This document shows, piece by piece, positions 26,856 through 38,337 of a stretch of DNA of 64,000 bases (within the stretch, counting starts at the first letter, position 1; every line of letters begins with the position of its first letter). Made by a program: the position numbers and the translations under genes. The DNA is taken from positions 29,450,001 to 29,514,000 of the forward strand of contig OX597836.1 of the NCBI GenBank assembly GCA_951406725.2, read 5' to 3'. The DNA comes from Octopus vulgaris. Lineage: Eukaryota. Below the pieces are notes generated by a model that did no database searches, was not told the DNA's origin, and was given only the letters and a program-made list of their open reading frames with translations.

Positions 26856-28232
26856 CATACATACACACACACAATGTATATACATACATGTATGTATGTT
26901 TATGTGTGTGTGTGTATGTTTATACAGGGATGGCCATAAGTCACTTTACCCATTTGTGTTTATTATTGTTAAAACTGGGTAAAGTGACTTATGGTCATCC
27001 CTGTATATGTATGTACGAAATAGCTGCTGTTCACAATCGACCTGGTAACATACTTGTAAAATTATTTTGCTAATTATTTTAGGTACCAGGAGTGGGTAAC
27101 TGTAGTCTTCTGAGATCTTTTCCATTTTTTAGAAAGGGACCCAGCTATGAAAATCAGCCCTCTACTCCTGTCTGGCTCTCCAGGCCCTGAATGATGTATC
27201 CTATTTGTGAATGAAATTACAGTAGAAGAAATAGAAGCTTCAACAAAACATTTATTTACCTGAGAATACTGTAGGTAGTAATAAGCATCGTCTTCTACGA
27301 TTAATAGGTCATAAGTTCTGGCAATTTCGTAGATTTCCTTCTTTCGTTCCAGAGTATAATTGATACCTGTTGGGTTGCAACCAGTTGGTACCATGTAGAT
27401 AACTTTTGGTATGTCACTGTTTGGATCTTTGGCATCAAGTGGAGACCATTTGGAGAGAATTCGCAACAGTTCACTGGGAATTATTCCATCTTTGTCTGTC
27501 TTTACACCAAGCATTCTGGGATGAAGTGGCCTCAGCTTCATAAAGAAGTAAATAAACAGAAATTCGGAGATGGCATAGTTTACAGAAAAAAACATTAACA
27601 CATTAACCACCACAGCCTGTTACTGGAATTTACTGGTGACTCTATGTATTTCACCCAGTCACACTGTATATTGACTAATTACAAAAAATGTAATTTTTAA
27701 AATTACGGAGATGTACTTGCATAGCAAGTGATTTGATCTGAGATCGTGTGCTGAAACGAAAACAATTGCAGCGTGGAAGGTGTTTGTAAGCCATTTAAGA
27801 AACACACAAAAGCCGTTCGATTCACTTCAACATTTAAGTTTAATTTGTCAAAATATTTTCAGCGCTTTAAGACCACGACCTGTTCATTGACAAAAATCCG
27901 TGCTGCATCTCTTATTTTTTTTATAATTTTCAATAATCTCAATAATTTTTACAATATTTCAGAATTAAACTTTGACATTTAACACTTATATTATTTAAAC
28001 ATCCTCAAAACCATGTCAAAAATACAGAATAAAATATTTTCTCAAATTATGAACATTTGCCACCAGTGGCAGCTGAGTGAAGTTTGTGATGAACCACCAG
28101 TGGTACATGTGATGGTTAACATGTTAAATTAATTATCATTCACAATAGCAAATTTTCTACTCATCACATTCATAATTTCTTCACCTTCTATCATGTTCCA
28201 TCTTATATTCTTCTACCTGGGCTTCACCTCTT

Positions 28233-28281
<49 letters not shown>

Positions 28282-28884
28282 ACAGGTATGAAAGCCATAT
28301 ATTCAGCAAGATACCTGCTCTTGTCCTTCTATTATAGTTTCTTCTCTCTCCATTTTATACCCAACTCAGTTGAGGGGTCTTATGTTTTGGGTATTTGGTG
28401 ACCTCACCAGTGCTGGTGCCACATAAAAAGCACCCAGTACACACTGTGAAGTAGTTAGTGTTAAGAAAGGCAACCAGTAGTAGAAACTATGCCAAAGCAG
28501 ACACAGAACCTAGCACAACACTGTCTGGCTCATTTGTTCTTGTTGAACCATTCTAACCCATGCCAGCATCAAAAAATGGATGTTAAGTGATGAATATCAT
28601 TTTTACATTCAGTTATTCTAAGATTTATTTTACCTATGCTGGCATGGGTTGGATGAGATCTTTACGGCAGTATTCTATGGGCAGATGCCCTTCCTGATGC
28701 AAACCATTATTTTCAAGTATGATATTTTATTTTATGCTTGTTGAACTGCTGTCAGACATTTCGTTTGTGTGTAGAGAGGGACATAAAGAATATCACCTCT
28801 GTCCAAGGGCTTTCAGTACAAAAATATGAAAAAAAAAAAAAATTCACACACACACACACACACATACATGTCTGTCTGTCTCAA

Positions 28885-28921
<37 letters not shown>

Positions 28922-31560
28922 CATACATATATTTCGTTTTATATGTACATTTTATAAACATACACAAGTTTTGGATCAAGCCCAGATAGTAAAAAGGTTC
29001 GAGAACCACTGGGCTAATCACTGAAAATAGTAAAGACCACAGGGAGATAATTAAGTATGAGTTCAGACATGGCTGTATAGTTAAGAAGTTTAGTTTCACC
29101 CTACTATTACTACTACTACTATGTCGTCATCGTCATAATTTAGCATCCATTTTCTATACTCACATGGGTTGGACTAAATGTTTTTAAATTCTTCAAGTGA
29201 AGCCAACAGGCAGGAGACATAGGAAGAGCATGACAGTTGGATAATATGTCTACAGTCTCAGTAGGTCCTGAATCCATTCAAAAAGTGTATTGATAGTTGC
29301 TTCTAGTCGGTCCTTTTGGAGGAGTTGCCTGAGGACTCAAGCCCCGAAACCCTCCTTGGAATTATGGATAGAAAAGATGGATGGATGGATAGATAATAAG
29401 AAATGTGGCCTGTCACTTCCTTGAAATGATGTACCTTTCTGCCAAATTTCAGCTCCCTCGATGCAAAATTCTAGCCTTCAACATACACACAAATACATTC
29501 ACTTTTACTTATTGAGTATGATAAACACTTACCACAGCATTAAGACCAGAGTAACAGGGTGTCTCACACAAAACGTAGTCATTTTCGTTCACGACAGCAT
29601 CGAACAACTGCAAATTAGAACCAAGATTCTGTTATTTTAAAGACATTTCTATTTTATCAAAAAGTAGTGCATGCATATACAGCTGTGTGCGTGTGCACAT
29701 ACATGCGAGTACTGTCCAAATCTCTGACCAATCACATACAGCTAGCTGGTATTCAATTAACATATCAAGTCTCGGGCATTTTGATTGGGTTTTGGATAGA
29801 AAATTCAGTAAAAAGTCACTTCTATTGATTTTTTAATGCTTTGTGGGGTGACTGGGGAAATGTAAAGATGTGCACGACCACCCTTGGAAGGTTTTGAATG
29901 ACCATAGAAAGTGCAAGCCCTCTAACTGAAAAATTGTGGATTTGTATAAAGGACACACACACACACAGACATTTTGCCGTTTATATATATAGAGATTGAA
30001 CTTTACCAATAATCACTGACACAAACAAAATCATTGTTCAGTGGAATTGCATGAATTGCTAGAAATAGCAACCAAATCTCTTCTTCCAAATCCCACTCAA
30101 AACATCTTAACCTTTTTGATAACAACACCTGAGACTGCTCCTGGTTTTATGATACAAACTTATTCTTTAAAGTATTCTAAATGAAAAACCTTCCATCAAA
30201 ATTTCATGTTAATTTATGCTCCAAACATCTTAGAAGTACTTAATAACTACAAAGTTATTTTACAAAACTCTTCATTATGTTTTTTTGTAAAACTAGTTAT
30301 GTATTTCGATAATAATTAAATGATGATGATGATATGATGATGATTAAATGATATGATTAAATGATGATGATGATAGGCGCAGGAGTGGCTGTGTGGTAAG
30401 TAGCTTGTTTACCAACCACATGGTTCCGGGTTCAGTCCCACTGCGTGGCACCTTGGGCAAGTGTCTTCTACTATAGCCTCGGGCCGACCAAAGCCTTGCG
30501 AGTGGATTTGGTAGACGGAAACTGAAAGAAGCCCATTGTATATATGTATATATATATATATATATGCGTGTGTGTGCTTGTGTGTCTGTGTTTGTCCTCC
30601 TAGCATTGCTTGACAATCGATGCTGGTGTGTTTATGTCCCCATTACTTAGCGGTTCGGCAAAAGAGACCGATAGAATAAGTACTGGGCTTACAAAAGAAT
30701 AAGTCCCGAAGTCGAGTTGCTCGATTAAAGGCGGTGCTCCAGCATGGCCGCAGTCAAATGACTGAAACAAGTAAAAGAGAGTAAAAGAGTATATGTACGT
30801 GTGTGTGTATATGTTTGTGTGTCTGTACTTGTCCCCCACCAGCATCGCTTGACAACCGATGCTGGTGTGTTTATGTCCCTGTAATTTGGCAGTTCGGCAA
30901 AAGAGACCGATAGAATAAGTACTAAGCTTACAAAGAATAAGTCCTGGGGTTGATTTGCTCGACTAAAGGCGATGCTCCAGCATGGCCACAGTCAAATAAC
31001 TGAAACAAGTAAAAGAAAAAAAAATAAGAGAGTATTTCTGGATTTCTAGAAATTCTGATTTTTGGAAGCCAGATATGAAGTTCGTTAATGTACAATGATA
31101 GATCCTCATATCAAAAATTTGGACAAAATTTAATGTTTATTAGTGTCACCTAATTTCCCTTGCAAAATTAATTAGCATTGCACTTACCTTTGACAAGCCA
31201 TCTTGACTACCACACGTAAGAGCTATTTTAATTTTTTGGTCACCAGACCGATTCAGTGCAGATACATTATGTGAGTATTCTTGTAGGTCTCCTAACCATT
31301 TAATTAACTCTGGAAAGCTGAAACCACAGAAATATGATAGAATAAAAGTGCTTCAAAACAAAGAACATTGGTGAGGGAATTTTATTCATAATTTGATTAA
31401 TAATAATAATAATAATAATAATGATAATAACCAAAAATATATATATATATATGGCACACTAGGCATAACAACAACATGAACTTCCAACCTGTTGTCTCTT
31501 GAGGTCTCTGGGTGAGACTTGGAGCCAACTTGTACAAATATAAAGCAAAAGTCAAGCATA

Positions 31561-31606
<46 letters not shown>

Positions 31607-34600
31607 TAGAAGAAGAAGAAGAAGAAGAAGAAGAAGAAGAAGAAGAAGAAGAAGAAGAAGAAGAAGAAGAAGAAGAAGAAGAAGAAGAATTAAAAAAGTA
31701 GTGGTGGTGGTGGTGAAGAAGTTTTGTGCAGGTAAAGCCGTGTGGTTAAGCTTGCTTTCCAACCATGCAGTTTTAGGTTCAATTCCACTATGGATCAGCT
31801 TAGGTATGTATCTTCTACCATTTTCCCTGAGTTGCCTTAATATCTTGTAAAACAAAAATTAGTTACTGGAAACAGTGCAGAAATACATTTGAAGGAAGGA
31901 ACCATTCCTGTTCCAGAGTGGTAGACTTAATCTATTGCCTGGTTTAAATCCCTTACAACCACTAGTACCTATACCAGCACCACCGTTTCCATCCTAACTA
32001 CCACCAGTACAACCACTGCCATTGCCACCACTGCTGCTGCAGCCAGCACCATTAGCCCCACCACACACACACACCACCACCACCATATGTGGTTTATGTG
32101 AGGCTCTTGGTATTTTGAAATCTTCAGCAACATTCTTTTTGGAATTAAATGTGAAATAGCAGCAACATATGACAAATGAATGGCTTTAGCATTCATTGCT
32201 GCTCAATATTTGATATCAGTGCATTAAGCAAGTGAAGTAGAAATGCGAAGATTATATCACTTACGCAGGTAGAGTTAATCTTGAATAGAAACAATTCAAG
32301 TTGTCGACCATGACAAAAAAACCAATTCAAATATTTGACTTTTATTTTCAGTTTACAATGACATTCTGACAGCGACATATGAACTAGATTATTGGACAAA
32401 ATTGAACCATCCCCAGACATGAGGCTACAAACAATCACGTTAGTGCCAATGCCTTCCGAATCTCAAGCATGATACAGCTATGTTGGAGCACCAACCATCC
32501 AACCTCGTCCTTTCAGCAAGAGAGAACATATTACTTTGTGTATCTTACTCTTTCTGTGACAACAGGGTATGATTTAAGGCAAATTTGGTTTCTATATCTA
32601 GTAGGGTGAAAGACCACATATCTCAATCCTTATTCACGTGTCAAAATCATTGCTATTGTAAAGATTCACATTTATAACACTTCAAAGATATTTTTGAGTG
32701 TTGCTCATACGTTGTTGCTTTTGTTTAACCCCAGGTCAATACTGACTGAAGACCTAATATCAAAAACATTTCAGACACAATCATCACAATTTTCTTTTCG
32801 GAACAGTGAATCTTGAAGCAGATGAAGTCATAAATAATAGCAAGTAAATACTGAGTTAAAAAAGCTTTGGCCCCTGTGCCGGTGGCATGTAAAAAACACC
32901 CACTACACTCACGGACTGGTTGGCATTAGGAAGGGCATCCAGCTGTAGAAACACTGCCAAATCAGACTAGAGCCTGGTGCAGCCTCCATGGCTTACCAGA
33001 CCCTGGTTGAACCGTCCAACCCATGCTAGCATGGAAAAACGGACGTTAAATGATGATGATGATGACAAAGGAACTTGAAGGCTGCCCGATGGCTACCACT
33101 TCTTGTTCACATATGAAGCTCATGCAGTCACGTATGAAGCTCATGTTCCTTATCAGCTTGCAGCAAGTTTTTTTCTTTTCTTTTTAATTAGAAGATGTAA
33201 AGCTCTACTGTGTCTCAATAATTTCTCTCCTTTCAACCTTTCCCTGAAGAAGAACTCAGTCCAAAATGTTAGATTTCCCACCGCGCACAGCCAGTTCATC
33301 CTTTTTATCACTTTTATTATTGCTGACACAGACCGACACCAACCTCTTTGGTGTTTGATCATATAATGTCGGCTAGAGTCTTGCTTGCATGAATGGACAT
33401 GATATGAAAGCAGTCAGTTCTGAGGAGCATGGGCCATTGTATTGTAGCATATGTAGAGAGAGGAGACAACACAAATAAATTATAACAAATACATCAACAT
33501 ACCCTTGTGTTTCTGAATATTGCTGTACCCTTTGCATTTCAGTTTTGGACATAGAAAGAGTGGTGCCATTTCTGAAAATAAAATATAACCATTAACCCTT
33601 CTGAAGCCAATTCACCTGATTCTATGACACAAATTCTTCATTTTAAACTGATTTCAATTAAAACTTTCTTATTACAATCTCATGTTCCAAATACCAGCTT
33701 TATGACTAATCTTTATATACAAAACTGAAGTTGTGTGTGTGTCTGTCTACTCCAATTTAGATTAACTACTCCCACATTTTGCTGTGCACTTTAACCAAAA
33801 GTGGTATCTTATAGTTGTGATTCATATTGAGCCCTTCTGGGTATTAGCGCGCATCTACGATGAGTCTACGATTTAAAAAGAAATTTACCATAATTTTTCT
33901 GCATTTTTAATGCATTTTTTGCTCGGTTTATATAAGGGAAGTAACTCTCTAAAAATGCTTATATAGTTATTTCCCTTACAAACCCGAGCAACGCCGGGCG
34001 ATATGGCTAGTAATAAATAACTTACTTAATTAAATTCTACTTCTGACTAAGCTACTAAAAGAAAGGAAACAAAAAGATCCACTGTAACAATTGTTCTGTA
34101 CACTTTGGCATTATCTGTGGCCCCTGTCTTTTATTTTTTACTTGTTTCAATCAGTGGACTGCGGCCATGCTGGGGCACTGCCTTGAAGGGTTTAAGTTCA
34201 GGGGTTCTCAACCATTTTTTTATCTATAGACCCCTTTGATTGCTATTTTAGTCTGGTGGACCCCTCCCTATAGCTATTCGATGCTTAAAAACTAGTTTTA
34301 TAGATACTTCTTTCAAAATTCCTATTTTGTATTTCCACACATTAACTTGTGTAGGTTGAACTATGTAAAATATTAGAGAAAGAAAACCACCTGTTTCTTG
34401 CAATACATACCAACACATACACACATCTGAAGCAAAATTCTTTCAGGGGCCCTTAAAATACTACTGTGGATCTCCAATTTACTATTTTGTTTTGCGGACC
34501 CCTAAAAATCTTACATGGGCCCAGAGGGGCCATATGGACCCCGGTTGAGAACCACTGGCTTAGTTGAACAATCTGATCCCTTCTACTTGCTTGTTTTAAG

Positions 34601-35306
34601 CCTGATATTTATTCTAATCAGTCTCTTTTGCCAAACTGCTAAGTTACAGGGATAGAAACAAAACTAACACCAGCTGTCAAGCAGGGCAACTAAAACTTTG
34701 AAGATGGTGCTCCAGCATGGTCACAGTGCAATGACTGGCACCATTAAAAGGATAAAAGAAGAGAAACATACCAATGTACTTACTGTAATTTAAAAGATGC
34801 TTCTTCTACAGGAAACAAAGTGGCATTTGGCATTCCAGTAGCCATTGATATCATTGTTGGAGGACTTTCCAGTAATATACCAACTGAAATATGAGAAAAA
34901 TATTAAAGTTGAATTATTTACATTATTTACATTTGACAGATATTTGTCCTCATCTTGTTTGTTGTTAACACAATGTTTCAGCTGATATACTCTCCAGCCT
35001 TCATCAGGAGTCTTGGGGAAATTTTGAACCTGGGTTCTCATTCCTTAACCACCACGCCATAAAACAGGTAGAATATTTGGGCTGGATACAGCCAGTTTAA
35101 ATGCTAAAGAGTTAAATTATAAATTGTCATAGCAATAAAACTGATTTTCAAACCCATATTAAATACATTAATATTATTTTTTAACTTCATCCTTTCGAGG
35201 TCAAATAAAAGTCAAGTGCTGGCATCAATGTAATCGACTTACTCTCTTCCTTGAAATTGCTGGCCTTGTGCCAAAATATTTCATTTTGTAATTATTTTAT
35301 TGTTTC

Positions 35307-35348
<42 letters not shown>

Positions 35349-36900
35349 CACAGGAGTGGCTGTGTGGTAAGAAGCTTGCTTCCCAACTACATGGTTCCGG
35401 ATTCAGTCCCACTGCTTGCCACTTTGAGCAAGTGTCTTCTACTATAGCCTCAGGCTGGTCAAAGCCATGAGAGTGGTACTCGTGGAATCAGTCTCGCTAG
35501 TATAAACCAAGTTATCTCGAAGATAAAAACTGGATAATTTCTTTTCATTAATAGAAGAAATAACCTGAAATAAATTCCGAGGGACCCAAAAATGCAACCT
35601 TAATGGATCTCAGATTCAAAATCTCACAATATCTAATTTTTTTATTGAAGTGCTTTAAAAACAATTTACACACCACCTCAACTAAGTTACATTTTAATTT
35701 GAGTGGCATAGAGAAATATACTATATAATGTTACTCTTGTCCAGAACTAAATTACAATGACCTAAGTTATTCACCTTATAGACCAACTTTGAATTATAAC
35801 CTTTTATCAAATAATTATATCTATATTTGTGAACATTAGTAACTGGAATTAAAGGATTGTTCTCACAGTAGTTATGTCCATTCCCTGACTTATATTTACC
35901 CTTCCGTTTAGAGTTGGGACATTTAAAATCAAATCTATAATTATTACTAGTAAGTTATGATTTATCAGTACAATCCTTGCTAGAAATATCTAGGTATTCA
36001 ATTTTCCTATTGTAACTGACCTTTTTAAGGGCTATATTATAGTAATCAGCATTCCTATCAAAAACTTCCTTATATATATATACTAGCAGTATCGCCCGGC
36101 GTTGCTCGGGTTTGTAAGGGAAATAACTATAAAGCATTTTTAGAGAGTTATAGCCAAAAAAATAGCAAAAAATGCATTAAAAATGGAAAAAAAAAATGAT
36201 GGTAAATTATTTTTAAAATCGTAAACTCATCGTAGATGCGCACTAATACTCAGAAGGGCTTGATATGAATCACGACTATAAGATACCCGGTTTTGGTTAA
36301 ACTGCACCGCAAAATATGGGAGTAGTTAGGAATCAAAATTATAGGAGACAGACACACGACCTTACTTTTATATATAAAAATTTGTGTGTGTGTGTCTGTG
36401 TTTGTCTCCCCTACCATCGCTTGACAAGCGATGTTGGTGTATTTATGTCCCTGTAACTTAGCAGTTCAGCAAAAGAGACCGATAAGTACTAGGTTTACAA
36501 AGAATAAGTCCTGGGATTGATTTGTTCGAATAAAGGTGGTGCTCCAGTATGGCCTAGTCAAATGAAGAAGATATATATATAGTTAATCCAAACATGAAAA
36601 CACAAAGAGAAAACACAACAACACGAGGACCTGGAACAAGTATAGTGTTATTGGACGCTCAGGAAAGGAAAGAAAGAAGTAGGATTTAACATTTTGAGCA
36701 GAGCTCTTCATCAGAAACATAGGAAAAGGAAGGGAAGACGGAGGAAAAACTCGCCAACGGTCCACACATGGTCACAAAGTTTCGACAATGAAACTTAATA
36801 AACAAACAGTTAATTAGTTGTGCAATAACATACCCAGGGATCTTGTAATTGAGGGTTTCCTGGCCATACTAATTTTAGTAAAATACCGTATATAATTCAT
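18201..36900 (-). CDS. AADAT: Kynurenine/alpha-aminoadipate aminotransferase (KAT II, PLP-dependent class I aminotransferase), spliced gene with 11 coding exons, 425 aa
   Basis: Exons joined by hand: 36900-36834, 34883-34784, 33571-33503, 31317-31188, 29607-29533, 27535-27260, 26033-25951, 23193-23097, 21170-21044, 19957-19752, 18248-18201. Total 1278 nt, all GT-AG, phases consistent, no internal stop. The protein (MNYIRYFTKISMARKPSITRSL...QYSETQG...CGSQDGL...NPTG...EDDAYY...[17 protein letters not shown]...P.GGMFLW...YIRAAFS...AFQRLAELVKEQRGY*) matches the AADAT family. Confidence 0.96.
18430..18763 (-). mobile_element. CORE-like tRNA-derived SINE family E (another copy at 3513-3740)
   Basis: Minus strand has A/B boxes (TGGCTCAGTGG, GAGTTCGATTC) followed by GTGTTCTTGAGCAAGACACTT. 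Confidence 0.75.
19752..19957 (-). CDS. AADAT: AADAT coding exon 10 (IAEWNVPAGGMFLWLKL...PYIRAAFSLCDTQDIYL)
   Basis: Lies within ORF 19737-20018; GGMFLW motif and the substrate-carboxylate Arg (YIRAAFS); atttag acceptor, GTAAGT donor. Confidence 0.96.
20763..20998 (+). mobile_element. tRNA-derived SINE family A, near full length
   Basis: Head AAGGCGGCGAGCTGGCAGAA, B box GAGTTCAAATTC, central GCCTTTTCATCCTTTCGGGGTCGATAAA, tail AAGAAATAG. Confidence 0.85.
21044..21170 (-). CDS. AADAT: AADAT coding exon 9 (FLIYKILTEWGLSGFREHTKKVAEFYEKRRDITIDAAEKHLKG)
   Basis: gttatag acceptor, GTAAAG donor; family match. Confidence 0.94.
23097..23193 (-). CDS. AADAT: AADAT coding exon 8 (LRCGFITGPAYVVDRILLHLQTSTVHVSGLTQ)
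   Basis: tttctag acceptor, GTATGT donor; GLR.G motif. Confidence 0.95.
24400..24970. repeat. Purine-rich degenerate (GAAT/GAAA) satellite in AADAT intron 7
   Basis: Repeated AAAAATGAATGAAAGA units with strong strand asymmetry. Confidence 0.8.
25509..25839. mobile_element. hAT (Charlie-like) MITE
   Basis: TIR CAGGGCTGGCCAAC / GTTGGCCAGGCCTC; 8-bp TSD GTTTACAT/GTTTACAC. Confidence 0.8.
25951..26033 (-). CDS. AADAT: AADAT coding exon 7 ([28 protein letters not shown]), containing the PLP-binding Lys262
   Basis: ttttag acceptor, GTAAGT donor; DSFSK motif. Confidence 0.96.
26925..27003. mobile_element. 79-bp Tc1/mariner hairpin MITE
   Basis: TA-flanked; 28-bp TIR CAGGGATGGCCATAAGTCACTTTACCCA with 1 mismatch. 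Confidence 0.85.
27260..27535 (-). CDS. AADAT: AADAT coding exon 6 (LRPLHPRMLGVKTDKDGIIP...PTGCNPTG...IVEDDAYYYLQYSQ)
   Basis: Lies within ORF 27074-27613; NP and D..Y PLP-contact motifs; aag acceptor, GTAAAT donor. Confidence 0.96.
27844..27894 (-). ncRNA. Decayed copy of the variant-core hammerhead (A3/C8)
   Basis: TTTGTCA ATGAACA G GTCGT-ggtcttaaa-GCGCT GAAA ATAT TT TGACAAA. Confidence 0.5.
29533..29607 (-). CDS. AADAT: AADAT coding exon 5 (LFDAVVNENDYVLCETPCYSGLNAV)
   Basis: tttgcag acceptor, GTAAGT donor; P.YSG motif. Confidence 0.93.
30376..31015 (+). mobile_element. tRNA-derived SINE family B (octopus OK/OR-class) with duplicated 3' part
   Basis: GGCGCAGGAGTGGCTGTGTGG...GGTTCAGTCCC head and CORE-like CCTTGGGCAAGTG; copies at 1270-1730, 15790-16165, 20140-20510, 58340-58700 (+) and 19330-19690, 60121-60502 (-). 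Confidence 0.85.
31188..31317 (-). CDS. AADAT: AADAT coding exon 4 (FPELIKWLGDLQEYSHN...LTCGSQDGLSK)
   Basis: gtttcag acceptor, GTAAGT donor; GSQ.GL motif. Confidence 0.94.
31450..31690 (+). mobile_element. Probable R4/Dong-like LINE 3' end in a (TAA)n tract, followed by (AAT)n(GAA)n; similar tail at 47205-47333 (-)
   Basis: Short unique segment (GAGGTCTCTGGGTGAGACTTGG) embedded in TAA repeats, the typical target of this clade. Clade assignment is an inference. Confidence 0.45.
33241..33273 (+). ncRNA. Decayed minimal hammerhead (same family as 63229-63260)
   Basis: TCC CTGAAGA AGAAC-tca-GTCC AAAA TG TT AGA; the flanks (AGAAGATGTAAA...AATTTCTCTC) are shared with the 63.2-kb copy. Confidence 0.55.
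33503..33571 (-). CDS. AADAT: AADAT coding exon 3 (NGTTLSMSKTEMQRVQQYSETQG)
   Basis: ttttcag acceptor, GTATGT donor; QYS motif. Confidence 0.92.
33710..34010 (+). mobile_element. Non-autonomous Helitron
   Basis: A|TC 5' end, subterminal hairpin CCCGAGCAACGCCGGG, CTAG|T 3' end, no TSD. Confidence 0.88.
34199..34557. mobile_element. hAT-type MITE nested in a SINE
   Basis: TIR CAGGGGTTCTCAACC / GGTTGAGAACCACTG; the SINE continues on both sides. Confidence 0.8.
34784..34883 (-). CDS. AADAT: AADAT coding exon 2 (GILLESPPTMISMATGMPNATLFPVEEASFKLQ)
   Basis: atttcag acceptor, GTAAGT donor; matches the MISLAGGLPNP-type motif. Confidence 0.93.
34968..35011 (-). ncRNA. Minimal hammerhead in a solo Penelope pseudo-LTR (34912-35060), same family as 16527-16570
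   Basis: ACTC CTGATGA A GGCTG-gagagtatat-CAGCT GAAA CA TT GTGT. Confidence 0.7.
36083..36380 (-). mobile_element. Non-autonomous Helitron (same family as 33710-34010)
   Basis: Reverse-complement copy with CTAG end and hairpin. Confidence 0.85.
36685..36717 (-). ncRNA. Decayed minimal hammerhead in a ~200-bp pseudo-LTR-like repeat (36580-36777) next to (TA)n
   Basis: TTT CTGATGA A GAGC-tct-GCTC AAAA TG TT AAA; consistent with CpG decay of CGAAACG. Confidence 0.6.
36834..36900 (-). CDS. AADAT: AADAT coding exon 1 (MNYIRYFTKISMARKPSITRSL); the exon starts at 36920 after an acceptor
   Basis: Context GCAGCC-ATG; acceptor tctctttcag at 36930-36921; donor GTATGT; aligns to the KAT II N-terminus including Arg20. 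Confidence 0.93.
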
Positions 36901-37343
36901 GGCTGCTGCTTTGGAATCCCCTGAAAGAGAATAAATAATATTGATGTTCAGCAAACAAACATTTGTCAGAGCAATTCAGATAACATAGACAATAAACAAA
37001 CACTATCAAATATGCATGGGGGTGCATGGCCTGTTGGTTAGGGAACTGCACGCAGGATTGCAAGATCATGGTCTCATTTCCTTGACAGGGTGGTGTGTTG
37101 TGTTCTTGAGGCACACATATATGTATGTATATGTATATATACATACATATATATATACATATATATACATATATACATATATATATATACATTTTTCCAA
37201 TGTTAACATTAAAACAAATGCAGGTACAAAAATAATTTTTATTATTATGAGGGTCGACTGAAATGTTCATAATCTGAGCAAGACATTCTCAATGGAATGT
37301 GACCAAATGAAGTTCATTTTCTCTTCTTACTGTCCACACACTT

Positions 37344-37730
37344 CCTCGAAACTTTCCAAGAAGACCTTGGAGTTTTCCAAGAAGTCACATTCTCGGAAAT
37401 TTCCAAGACGTCTTCGGAATTTTACAGGAAGTCACATCCTCAGAACTTTCCAAGCAGTCTCTCATCCTCTGAACTTTTCATAAAGTACCCAGAATTTTCC
37501 GTGAAGTCTCATCTTTGGAACTTTCCATGAAATACGCGGAATTTTCCAGGAAGTCTCATCCTCGGAACTTTCCATGAAATCCTCGGAATACTCCAGGAAA
37601 TCTCAGCTCGGAACTTTCCAGGTAGTCTCACCCTTGGAACTTTACATGAAGTCCTCGGAACTTTCCATAAAATCCTTACACTTTTCCAGGAAGTCTCGCC
37701 CTCGGAATTTCCCTTGAAATCTTCGGAAAT
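37344..37730. repeat. Minisatellite of alternating ~21/26-bp units (CCTCGGAACTTTCCAKGAAGTCTCAT)
   Basis: Roughly 16 degenerate units read directly. Confidence 0.85.
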
Positions 37731-37879
37731 ACGACAATGGTATGTCCACACTTGGAATTTGCATCACCAGTCTGGAACCCCTCTCTTGCTCAGCATATAA
37801 AAATTTTAATATGCAAAATATACTTCACATTATTATATATACTATGCATTAATGCAAAAAAATTGTGTTTATTGGCTAT

Positions 37880-38337
37880 CTTCAAAATGATCACACCATC
37901 AATGGAAAATTTCAATACCAACTTCCTAAAGCAGTTATGAAAGGCTATCAAGACCAAACACCCAGAAAAACTGATGAATGGGGTTTCATTAGGACAATGC
38001 TTCAGCACACAAGTCCTTGGTTTCAATGGCTGCTATATGTGACTGGCTTTGAACTGGTTGATCATTCTCCCTATGTTAGTGATTTGTTATCATCTGTTTC
38101 CCAACATAGAAAAACATTCAGCTGAGCACCAGTATCACTATGATGAGAACATCTTATCTGTTGTTGATGACCATTTTGATCAACAGAAAATCTTCTTCAC
38201 CAGTGCAACCCAAGCACTGCAACTACTAATGGAAGTGTGTGGACAGTAAGAGGAACTATGTTAGAAAATGAACTTCATTTGGTCACATTCCATTGAGAGT
38301 GTCTTGCTCAGATTATGAACATTTCAGCCGACCCTCA
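37880..38337 (+). mobile_element. Mariner transposase 3' remnant with right TIR
   Basis: H*DNASAHKS...GFELVDHSPYVSDL..YHLFP, matching the HDNA..H and HPPYSPDL motifs; ends in ...CAGCCGACCCTCA-TA. Confidence 0.8.

Noticed and set aside
37344-37730. Regularly spaced repeat resembling a CRISPR array
   Set aside because: Units are contiguous and degenerate with no unique spacers, and the context is a eukaryotic intron with no cas genes.
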